NCBI GenBank assembly: GCA_024704765.1
Contig: JAKMXF010000299.1
Span: 558,001-622,000 of the forward strand
Source of the DNA: Oopsacas minuta
Taxonomy: Eukaryota > Animalia > Porifera
Direction of reading: 5' to 3'
Length of the DNA: 64,000 bases
Positions 1 to 11,600 of the stretch are shown here, in pieces. Within the stretch, counting starts at the first letter, position 1; every line of letters begins with the position of its first letter. Below the pieces are notes generated by a model, which saw nothing but the letters and a program-made list of their open reading frames with translations, searched no databases and was not told the origin of the DNA. Both the position numbers and the translations under genes were made by a program.

Positions 1-766
1 TTAGATAACTATATTTGAAATTATTTCAGAATCAAATGATTAAACCCCATTTCTGTAACTTTTTTGTAATACAATTATACTCGTTTTTACTGATTGGAGT
101 TCCCAATTGTCTGTGATATCGGTGTACATGTGGTCGCTCTGCCACAGCTGTTATAAACTAATGATGTGGGATATACTTATTTGACCATTAAGCTGAAAGG
201 AGAAGGTCAGGAACTCCCGAACGTTAAGGTGATGTAATTACGTGTAACCATACGTAAGGCATTAATTGATAGGTCAGATACGTTGGAACAGTTTTAGGAA
301 CTATGTATTATAAATTCGTATATAGATATCGATTTAGCACTAATTAGTTTTCTAAGGATTTTGTTGTTAATGCACTTTCACGTGTTTGTCATTTGATGTA
401 CGTTTCATTTGAGGTGAATGCTAATCCTGAATTTATTAAGAATTAGAAACATTAATATGAGAACCCAGTACATATTTGAGTGTTCAGCAAGTTTTCTCTA
501 ATTGAGGACCCTATTTCGGTTACCATGGATAAAGGTGTAATCACTGTTAAGAAACAGAAAGTAGAAATCATAATGCTACTCTCGAAGAGATAATATATAT
601 ATATATGATATGAATGTTGTATGAAATTTTTCCATTCTGTAATATTAATTCTATTTGTTCTATAATTCATGTCTGAATTCACGTATTTCATTAAAATGTA
701 TTTATATTAATCTAGCAATTATTATATTACTCAAAGTATTCCTGTGGATGGATTAAATTTTCTTTA

Positions 767-2620
767 ATGTCGAAATATTGTCCAGATGATAAGTGCGGGT
801 TCTATGATAAATACCGTCGTGGATATCCTAATGTCAGAGCAAGAAATTGTCCTTACTGCGGTAAAGAATTAATACTGAAGAAACAAATAGAAGCTGCCCT
901 GGGTGCTAAAGATATTTATACTGTTGAAAATCTACTTGTTGATTTAACGGAAATTCCAGATAGTGACACATCTATATCCATTAATAAGGATGTTACTCCG
1001 ATTCCTTCAACTTCTACTAATGAACATCCAAACATCAAGACTGAGCCTCAAACACAGATAATAGATAAAGTTGTACATGACAAAGATAAACATACTGATA
1101 ATGAGAAAGACACGACTGATAAAGAAAAGATATCTGATAATATTCATTTACCTATGAAAGTAAAAGTGCTTTCAGATGAAAATCCGGCTGAAGAAGAGAA
1201 GAGAGATGAGGCAGTTGTTAGAAAAAGTGATAATAAAAGAAAGTGTCCAGATTCCAATTCACCTGAACTAAACCAGTCACAGAAGAAACAACGGACAAAA
1301 CAGAAGTTATCAGATTCTGAAAGTACTACTTCAGACACTACAAGAGGACATAAACCTATCGTACCATATTCTCCTATTACTGACTCATCAACAGATTCTG
1401 ATACAAATGAAATACCAAAGAATACAACTCAACCAAAGTCTGAACAAACCACAGATAAACTAACAGCTAGTAGCGTAGCTGAAGATAATAAAGATGAGAA
1501 GAAAAGGAAACGCGAGAAAGAGGAGGAAATAAGGGAGGCAGGATTAGACGTTGCTCCTCGTAAAAGTTTAAGGCTAGCGGACAAAGGTAGGTTAGAGATC
1601 TCAGAAAATCCTACTTCAGCAATCCCAGAAAGTGAAACTCCTTCTGTTAATATCCAATTTAAAACTTTAATTCTTAAAGAATTCTATTCTAAAATAGAGT
1701 CTATTCATCTTAAGATATTGTCCGAGAATATTGGTAATATGAAGAATAGTATAGAATTAACCAAGTTTACAGATGTTAAGTTATTGAGTGGTGAGTTTGT
1801 TACTCTCTGCGGTACTTTGAAATATCCGATATCCTCTATTAATTGTGGGTATATTTGGTTCCCCTACAGATATTGTTTAATTCATTCTGATGCAAATGAG
1901 AGTTTTGAAGATTTACACAATGAGTTAATCCATAATTACATGCGTTGTTTTAACTGGAAAGTTAACAAAACGTTAATTGATTCACTGAATAACAATACTT
2001 ACCTGCAATATGACATGATGATACTACCAGAGATTTCTAAAGATTCCACATTATTTGGATTATTCAAGAAAGCTTTTAACTTTTTCACAGGTTCTGATCG
2101 TGAATTTCCATTTAAAAATCTCAGCGAGAGAAGGTCAACTTCGTTACAAGTTTTACTACTCTCTAATTTCGATACAGAAAGCTCTCTATCTTATTACAAC
2201 CCTGGTCAATTTATTGATCAATTTATATTTCTAGTAGATGAATTGATAAGGTGTTATTTTACATATCCAGATAATGCTGTAGCTTTCTGGGAGTCTTATT
2301 CAAATAGATTCCATTTATCTCCAGAACATTTAATTAAGAAATTGGTTATTGATTGGATACAGGCTAGATGCGAGTACAATACTACAATAGATCTCAAATC
2401 CAAAGTTTATCATTTCTACCTCTCTTGTTATCTTATACAGCATTACAAACTCAATAATGAAGGTTTAAACTTGAAATTGATCGAAATGATCAAAGAATCA
2501 ATTGAACCGATTTTATCAGGGAATTATTGTATATTTGATAACATTATTCCTCTATCTACTGGTGAGGATCTACGAACTACTATATATATCTCAATTATAG
2601 AGTTCATCTTTAAAAGGTAA
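767..2620 (+). CDS. RNF213: RNF213-like protein, N-terminal part (Zn-ribbon, disordered linker, CBM20-like N-arm); 5' part of the giant first exon
   Basis: 617-aa ORF with an N-terminal CPDDKC...CPYCG motif and a charged low-complexity linker. The beta-rich segment VNIQFKTLI...IWFPYRY resembles the RNF213 CBM20-like region. The stop overlaps the ATG of the next ORF (TAATG); one extra A in the A4 run at 2612-2615 would fuse the two ORFs. Confidence 0.75.
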   Translation: MSKYCPDDKCGFYDKYRRGYPNVRARNCPYCGKELILKKQIEAALGAKDIYTVENLLVDLTEIPDSDTSISINKDVTPIPSTSTNEHPNIKTEPQTQIIDKVVHDKDKHTDNEKDTTDKEKISDNIHLPMKVKVLSDENPAEEEKRDEAVVRKSDNKRKCPDSNSPELNQSQKKQRTKQKLSDSESTTSDTTRGHKPIVPYSPITDSSTDSDTNEIPKNTTQPKSEQTTDKLTASSVAEDNKDEKKRKREKEEEIREAGLDVAPRKSLRLADKGRLEISENPTSAIPESETPSVNIQFKTLILKEFYSKIESIHLKILSENIGNMKNSIELTKFTDVKLLSGEFVTLCGTLKYPISSINCGYIWFPYRYCLIHSDANESFEDLHNELIHNYMRCFNWKVNKTLIDSLNNNTYLQYDMMILPEISKDSTLFGLFKKAFNFFTGSDREFPFKNLSERRSTSLQVLLLSNFDTESSLSYYNPGQFIDQFIFLVDELIRCYFTYPDNAVAFWESYSNRFHLSPEHLIKKLVIDWIQARCEYNTTIDLKSKVYHFYLSCYLIQHYKLNNEGLNLKLIEMIKESIEPILSGNYCIFDNIIPLSTGEDLRTTIYISIIEFIFKR

Positions 2621-5600
2621 TGAAAGGTATACATTATAAGCTACTATTAACTTTACTCCCAATATACCATTGTATTAACAATTTGACTGTAAATTCTATC
2701 AAATGGCATGAGTTGATATATGAAGATTTGGAATATTGGGGGTTTCCGGCTGATATTGAATCACCTTTCTCGCAAAAAACTATTGCTTTTGATGAAATCA
2801 AATCTGCTCTTTCATTAGTCAAATACGATTCGGTTCTTCCTTACAGTATTGTAATCTACGGACTACATGAATCAAATGCAAGGAAAATGTGTCAACACTT
2901 CCTCGAAGATCCACAACATCTTCCCTTATCTGCTCTTATGAGCGTTTTATTGTTCCGTTTCAATCGAAGTAGCCCTAAAAAAGACTTTAAGTTGATGACA
3001 GAAATTTTCAAATTTCTGAGTGCTGCATTCACAAACAAATCTCCAGTATTTGACTTCGATGAAATTAATCGTCTCAATTTCTTAACTCTCACTTACATAT
3101 CAAACACAATACAATATTTCAATCTTGAAAGCTTCAAACTATCTATAAAACTACTTTCTCAAGGTCTTTTATATTTTGATTCCAACTCAACTGATCCACT
3201 CCTAATTTCCACTGAAGATTTAAGTAAATTTTTCAATTCTGTTAAATTGTGGAATTCTCGGAATATTATCAAGGACAAAATGACATATAAAGATTACCTC
3301 AGTGAAGTGAACTTTTGGGAAGATTTTTTAAAAAAATATACTTTTCCAAAGTTAATTTCCTTACTTCATTTGATTGAAGAGTTTTTGGTTGATAGATTTA
3401 AGAGTAGTGAAATAAGGGACCAGTATATTATTGATATATTTCTGCAACTCCATAAGGAAAACAATTATTCTAATGTCCTTGAAGAAGTTTTTCTCAAAGA
3501 GCTCACTTCAAGGTTACATGCTATTGCACCTGGAGAAAAATCTACCTTTATTAATCAATTGTATGATCAATTATCAGATCCAGGACAACTGGAAAGAGTT
3601 ATCAATATTTTTAGTAAAATATTGCTTGATGAAAGGAGAGTATTTGAAGAGAATCAAATTCTTCATTTATTCACTTGGACCACTTGGGAAACATATTTTG
3701 GCTTACTAAATTTCAACATTAGTGAGGAGGTCATTTCAAAAGACGCTAAAAATATGCTAGACTCAGCTTTAGAACAATTCAAATTACTATGTTCGGACAT
3801 TAATACTTTAACCATAACATTTAATATTATGAAATTGATTAGTCAAAAGAAAAAATATTTCTTAAATCTCACAAAGATCAATTCTAAAATCGTAAACAAC
3901 AAACATATTGAACAAAACCTTGATGCCTGTTTGAACAGGTATAATTGGATATTAGACCAAAGAAACTTGTTGAAGCTCTTACACGACTTTTTAGAAAATT
4001 TCCCGAACATTAACAATGCCACTGTATCAGATTTTCTAGCAATCGACTTCGAAGTCAAGAGTCTCAGTGATATTTGTATCCCCAAAGGAACGTCATTTTC
4101 GTTTAGTCCCAATTCTATCCAAATAAATGAAATAGTTGGCTTCCCGAACTTAAAATCTCTTTGTCAAGTTTGTGATTCCTTACGCAACTCTAAAATTATC
4201 CTCAAAATTTTTAATAGGTTTATCGATGAAAAAGTAATTACATTACACACGCCTTTGGAAATTCAAGTATTCTTTGAAGAAATTTGGGAACCTGCTTGGG
4301 ATTCATGCATACAGATACTTCAACAGTTATCCGATGAATCCATTATAATATCAGACATGTGTGAGTACTTTGATAGCAGTCAAGATATTTTCATGATCAA
4401 AGCCGAGTTAAATCAACTTGAAGCTGGTTGTAAAAATTATCGGAGCGACTCACGCAAAGTAAAACACCTAAATAGTTGTGCTGATAAAATACTATTATAT
4501 TTCAATCTACAGCAATGCTCTGAGGCTGCGATTCTTATTAATAAGCTGAAAGATGCTCTCTCAATTAAAATGGAATATGACACGATCAAAAATCTAGAGA
4601 ATAGTAAGGATACCTTCTATAATGAAGAATTATCTAAAGTAAATGATAAGGTTGGCGGAATTAAAGCTGATCTCAGCAATCTAACAAAATCCAATCTCGA
4701 CGTTTTAGAGGCATTTATTGATAGAATTTCTTTTGTCAAGTGGATAAGAGATAACTTGAATGACTTAAACGAATTGAAAACCTTTGTTGACATATCTCTC
4801 ACTACATGTGGAGGTAATCCAGTGGATATTGACAGAATCACTTGTCTCAGTTCTGTATGTACCAATTTCGCTCCTCTCATATTTCGAATTAAAGAGAAGA
4901 CAAAATACAAAACGCTCATTGCTAGATGCAAAGAAGTCATTAGAAATGTTGAAAATAATAATGACTTAACGAAACTTCTCAGACAAGTAGGTAAGAGTGT
5001 GACGTTTTGGGAAGAAATGAAAAGATCCCATGGTTCGGTTGAGGAAACTACTTTAATGCAACTAAACAGTATTTTCAATTCTGGTAAGTTTTGTTTGAAG
5101 GTTGGAGAATCTCTTAATTTATGTGACATAGTAAGTCTGAGTGTTGAGAGAGAAGAGTACGATAATAGGATTTATAAATTGGAACAGTTGAACGATTTTC
5201 GTAGCAAAGTAATGCTTGTAGTCAGCAAATTTGAACAAAACACCCAGACGGACAGTTATGACAACTCTCAGCTATTTACTCATAAATTTGATTTGATATC
5301 TGAGATAGCAACTATTGTGATACAACTGATAGAAACTGGTTGCCAGAGTTTACATAATTATGAATTGACATCCAATGTTGCTGAAGATGTTCGTACATTA
5401 CTAGAAGAACGGTCAATATTGAGCAATAAACTCAAGAATTGGAGACAGAACCTCGAAGAAGCTCGCGATAAACATTATTTCCTGAACTATTACACTATCT
5501 CTCAGCTAGTATCTCTCCAGAAAGGAATTGTATCATTCACATCTGACAGAGAGGATTCTGACCTAGAACAGCTCTATCATTTACTTGGACTGATAAACCA

Positions 5601-8600
5601 AGAAGTCACGATGGAGGAAATACAGCAAGCATTAAAAGTAATTGGTATTAATTGTAACGATCGCAGCAAACGTATACATCTTGAATCAAGTTCAAAATCA
5701 AAACAGCATTTCTCCAGTCAGTCTTTACATTCAGTTATCAGAAATAAGCATCCTCACAAATACCCGGCCCATTCGATGGATACCACTGTATCAAGATCAT
5801 TTATTCAAACTATCCAAGATGAAATTGAATTCCCAAATACATTTTCTCTGACTGAGAAGGAGATAGCTGAATCTGTGAGTAAAGGTGGTGATATATCTTT
5901 AAACCTGACCATAAAAGGTATTATTGAATTGAAGAAAGATCAAAATCCAATTATTTCTGGTGAATCATTGTTAGACTGGTGTATATTAAATGAAACATTT
6001 GGTGACGTCAATCCAAATTTTGAAGTTTTAAATTCAGATACAGATGTTGTAAAAATCTCAACTTGTACAGAGATTCCATCTAATGAATCTAATACTGACT
6101 TCCATCAATTGGGCCTTTTTCTTGATAACATTTATCTTTCTTGTAAAACTAAAATTCGAGCAAAGAGAGAACTTCCTTTTTGCAATATGAAATCAGGCAC
6201 CCCGAATTTAGTGGTAGTACCTCCTCTTGACCTCTTCGAATTTGTGCTCTCTCTCTACGTTAGTGAAAATGATAAATTGCCATTGCCTTTTTATCATGAA
6301 GTTTTGATTTGTACAACCCATACCAAACTTGAAGAAATAGAGATATTTTGGAGACGATCAATGAAGATTCCTGATAACAAGAACATGTATCTCTTTTGCA
6401 TGATTGGAATTGAGAATTTGGATTACGATGTTGCAGTTCAAGCAGTGACTAAATTCAAATTTATTCAGCAAAAATTAAAATCAACAGAAGGGTACAAACT
6501 AGTATTAGTCTGCTCTGAAGAAAAAGAAGAATATTCTTACATGGCTGCTGCTTTTGAACAGTATAAGATACCTATTCTGACCACAATCTGCTCTGATGAT
6601 GTTAAACGTTTCATGACTCAGAGACTTTCTTTCCTCCCCCGATACAATACTTTGAATGGCAGAGCTGCATGGGAAGTTGATAAAGGGAGATACCGAGTTA
6701 GATTGGTAGTGTCAGATAGTGTAGGAGCAGGTAAGTCACTCTATATTTATAATCTAAAATCAGATATGCTAAATATGCGTGTGGTGAGTAATGAAGAGAT
6801 TGAACATGCAGCTGTGACTGTTGCTATACATGGAAAGGAAGCCTCTGAGGACAATCTAGCAGAACAGCTGCTGAAAAGTAGAATCTGTAAGCTGGAGCAC
6901 GGTGTAATGTTCCATATTGATGTCGCTTCCACCGTTCAGTTGAACTTAGAACCAATCTTCTTCAAATTGCTGTTATTGGGCAGCATCTGCAAGAGATCAG
7001 GTGAGTTGTGGCATTGTAGGAGTACTGATTATTACGTCATTGAGATGACACTAGCTTCTGGCCTGGGTGAAACGTTACAATTTACTAATCTTTACCCAAA
7101 AGTGCACTGTTTACAACCATATGAGGCACTGTATACTCAAGTAGATTCCAAGAAACAAACTATCGATTTAGAAGAATTAACTTGTGAAAAATATCAAAGA
7201 GTCAATGCTTACTTGCAACAGTTAGAAATTAGTCAGGAGTTTGGGAATTTCACATTTAACCCTTCTGAAACATTTCACCGAGTTGATCTACTTAACGCTT
7301 TGAGAATATTTCTAAAGTTCTGTGGAGTTTCTCGTCCATCATGGGCTGAAGTACGTAACTTCATAACTTTCCTTGATAAGCAACTTTCAGATTGTGACAA
7401 TTCAGATTATTGTAATGGTGTCATGGCTCAGGAGTGGAGAGGTTTCAAGAATTTTGTAGTTAAATTTATGATTAACATGTCGAGAGACTTTGCTACACCA
7501 TCTCTTAAGTCTGACTCAGAACAAAACTCTCATAACCCTTTGACCAAATTTGAAATAGCTGAGAGGCGAAGATGGGAAAATAACTCTCATCCATATATTT
7601 TCTTTCATCCTGACAGACATACAATGACATTCCTTGGATTTCACATATCAAATCAAGGAGATCTGATCGATTTTGATGATCCAACCGTTGTAATAGAGAG
7701 AAACATAATGCAACCTGGACTGGTTCAAATTCTTACTGCAAACAGGGTCGACCTGAAGGAAAATTATCATAGACTCGATAAAATAGAAAAAATAATGAAG
7801 ATTGCTGGCGTTATGGATATTGATTTGATAGCGGACCCCGATCCAGGATATGTTTTGACTCTAGACAATATGAGAAAGATTTTAGCTATTCTAATGCGAT
7901 TTCGATGCAATATACCTGTTGTGGTGATGGGGGAAACTGGTTGTGGGAAGACCCGTCTCATTCAGTTTATGTGCTCACTCCAAGCTTTGCAATATGGAAC
8001 CAAAAACATGTTGATACTCAAGGTACATGGTGGTACAACAGAGCTAGATGTAATCCAAATGGTAGAGGAAGCGGAGAATCTAGCAAAGAAGAATTTCAGC
8101 GAGCATAAAATCGACACGGTTTTGTTTTTTGATGAAGCCAATACTAGCCCTGCGATCGGGCTAATTAAAGAGATCATGTGTGACAGAAGGATGTATGGCA
8201 GGCACATCAGTAGCAACATTGGACTTCAATTCATTGCAGCGTGTAATCCTTACAGAAAACACACAAAAGAGATGCTAAACAAATTGAGTTGTGCTGGTCT
8301 TGGATTCTTCACTAAAGCAAGCCAGACCATGGACAGACTCGTAAATATCCCTCTTCGTGAGTTAGTTTATCGTGTAATGGATCTTCCTGCTAGTTTGGGT
8401 CCATTAGTGTGGGATTTCGGTCAGTTGAGCAGAAAGATAGAGAAGACGTATACAATGGAAATTATCATGAAACATCTAAAATCTAGTTCCATTGAATTTC
8501 CTTATGATGTGGTGAAGATGATATGCGAAGTTTTAGCTGGCGCACAGAACTACATGAGGAAGAGGAAGGATGAGTGTAGCTTTGTTAGTTTACGAGATGT

Positions 8601-11600
8601 GGAGAGGGCGATGCGAGTTATGATCTGGTTTTATTCTAATCTTCACCATTTCCAAAGTTCCTCAGATATGGACAATTCCCAACTTGATGAATATCAACAA
8701 AGTATTAAATATGTAAATGTAATTGATCCAAAGATAAATGGGATTGATCATGTAACATACAGTTTGATTCTTTCGTTGGCAGTTTGCTACAGAGCCAGGC
8801 TTCAAGAGAGAAAACAATTTGATAAAACTATTATCAAATTGTTTACAAGTCCTCTCACTGAATTTAATAATTACACAATAATTCATCAAGAAGTTGATAG
8901 GTGTCAACGATTGATATTAGAGGAAATGAGTGTAGGAGCCAATATCGCTCACAACAAGGCTCTCAAGGAAAATGTGTTTATGATGTTTGTATGTATTGAA
9001 CTGAAGATTCCTCTTTTCGTTATCGGTAAACCAGGTAGTTCAAAATCTCTTGCTAAATCAATAATATCCAACTCTATGCAAGGTAGTCGTAGTCCGGATG
9101 GAAGCATTCTTCAGAACTTCAAACAAATACAAATTATGTCATATCAATGTAGTCAGTTATCTACTGCAGATGGAATAATCGGAGTTTTCAAGAGTTGCAG
9201 AAGCTTACAAAGAAAGACGGGTAGCAACAAGTTTGCAGCGTGTGTAGTATTGGATGAAGTAGGTTTGGCGGAAGACTCACCACTGCTTCCTCTGAAGGTT
9301 CTTCATCCACTTCTTGAGGATAACAGTTATGGTTCTGAGGAGATTGAAAATGAACTCAATGAAAGCGACTTATTGAGCATGGAGATGAATGTGATGCGTG
9401 AAGAAACTCGTTCTGCTAAAGATGATGTTGATGATACGAAAGATCGCGTTGCATTTATTGGAATTTCTAACTGGTCTCTTGATCCCGCTAAAATGAACAG
9501 AGGCATAATGGTATCTAGAGGCGATCCAGACCTGGATGAATTGGTTGATAGTGCCAGAGGGATATGCCAATCCAAACGTGATACTGGACCAATAAATAAA
9601 AGTATAGAGAAGAGAATAAAGCATCTAGCTAATGCCTACCACAAACTGACTTCCAAAATGGTGAGTGAAAAATCGCGTGAGTACTTTGGATTGAGAGATT
9701 TCTACAGTCTCATCAAAATGCTTGTGTTCATCTGTCATGATGCTAACACGACTCTAAATCGAACTATATTACAACATGCTGTTAAACGAAATTTCGGTGG
9801 AGTGTCAGATGTGGATCCAGTGAAAGTATTTGAAGAGACCGTAAAATTGCCGAAAGGTGATAATGAAAAAGGTCCAAATTCCTCCCTACTTGGCTTGATA
9901 AGTGCAAATCTGACCAATCTCTCCCGCTCTTTCCACGGAGAAACTCGTTACCTTCTGTTGCTTACTGAAAATTATGCAGCTCTAAATATTTTATTGCATT
10001 CACCAGACATGTGGCCGAAGAAGGAATACGCGGAGGATATACGAGTGATTTTTGGGTCAAGCTTCCCCTGCGATCAGGAGTACTCTGTAGTATGTCGCAA
10101 TATCAATAGGATCAAGGTATGCATGGAAACTGGAAAAACCATCATTTTACTTAATCTTGAGAACCTTTACGAATCTCTTTACGACGCTCTCAATCAATAT
10201 TACATGGAGATGAATAATCAGCGGTATGTAGATCTTGGACTTGGAACTCATCGAATGAAGTGTCGAGTTCACAACGATTTCAAACTAATTGTTGTGGCAG
10301 ATAAAGAAACTGTGCAGGAGAGATTTCCCACTCCTCTCATTAATCGTCTCGAGAAGCATTTCCTTACCATGGCTACTGTTCTATCTAAAGAAGGCGTTTG
10401 TATATCAGAACTTTTATCAAACTGGGCTAAAGATTTTGCTACTCTTGATGATAGTCACTTTTTAGCTTTCCAAAGGAGATGCGACTTTAGCGAAGGAGAT
10501 TGTTTTATAGGTTTTCATAATGACACACCGTCTTCCATCGTTTTCCACGTGATGAAAGAAATGTATCCAGATGTTGAGGATAATGATAGGAGTGTAGATA
10601 GAGTAGCAGTGTTGGAGAGAAGTCAAACTATGCTATTGAAGATGGCAACTACAGATGCTGTTTTACGTGTGGAGAACAGTCATCTCTCATTCATTTCTGA
10701 ACGAATAACAACCGAATATTTCAAGCTACAACAAAGTAGTCTTGAAGAATATCTAAGACACATTTTGGATGATATATATGGAAATGAAACAGGAGCACAT
10801 CTTACACTGGCAACTACTCACTCACGACTTCTGACTGACAGAGATATAGGTCAATTGCGAGATCGCTTGTCTTCAGGAAGAGAATGTATTGACATTTCAA
10901 GTCTATCTCTTCAACAATTCCAGTCAGAACAGCAGTACACTCGAGAGATTCATGAGTTCTTGAGTAGGAGCCCAGAACTTAATAATAGAAAGATTTTGTT
11001 AATTCAGTGTGAGAAAGGAGCAGATAATGCTAAACTGATAGCTTGTGCTCGTCACAAAACAGTAGACGAATTGAAAGACTGGAAAGAAGAGAAATCTCAG
11101 TTTAGATTTGAGGTTTGTTTAATATTTTTGATTCAACTCTGTAGGGAAGCACATGGAAGTAAGTTTGTGAGTTTCTGTGGAGGGCCCTGGAACACTGTAC
11201 ATATTGATGATATCCGTTCTCTTGACTATACCGAACTACCGCCTATCTCTGATCTGAATGGTAAACAAATTTATGAATTATTTGGAGGAGACCAAATGGT
11301 GAGTTGTTTCTATATTCTTCAAGCTATAGTTGAGATGGAAGATTTTGCCAATAGCCAAAATCTTCCACACTTCTTCATGCAATATTTCTGTGTTTATATT
11401 TATTCGAAATCATAGAGGAGTAATGGACAGGTTGACCATCACTAAACAATTACCAATATTGAGATTTTTACTTATATATCTGCCAATTGTTCATGCATCT
11501 TGTTTATTTATCATTTACACCTGGCCAAGGGGATGTAGAAGTATTTTTTGGGTCTATAGATTAGCCCTCAAGACCCACTGTAGAGCCACCCCTGATTAAA

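Noticed and set aside
2609-2620. Programmed -1 ribosomal frameshift joining ORF1 and ORF2
   Set aside because: No X-XXY-YYZ slippery heptamer in the ORF1 frame and no obvious downstream structure.
1144-9917. Many 60-170-aa antisense or alternate-frame ORFs inside RNF213 (and similarly inside AIFM3 and exon 2 of the type II gene)
   Set aside because: Shadow ORFs of long coding exons, with no independent support.
11299-11415. Apparent C-terminus of the 2931-aa ORF (VSCFYILQ...YSKS*)
   Set aside because: Read-through into intron 1 after a GTGAGT donor; RNF213 homology resumes in phase at 13674.
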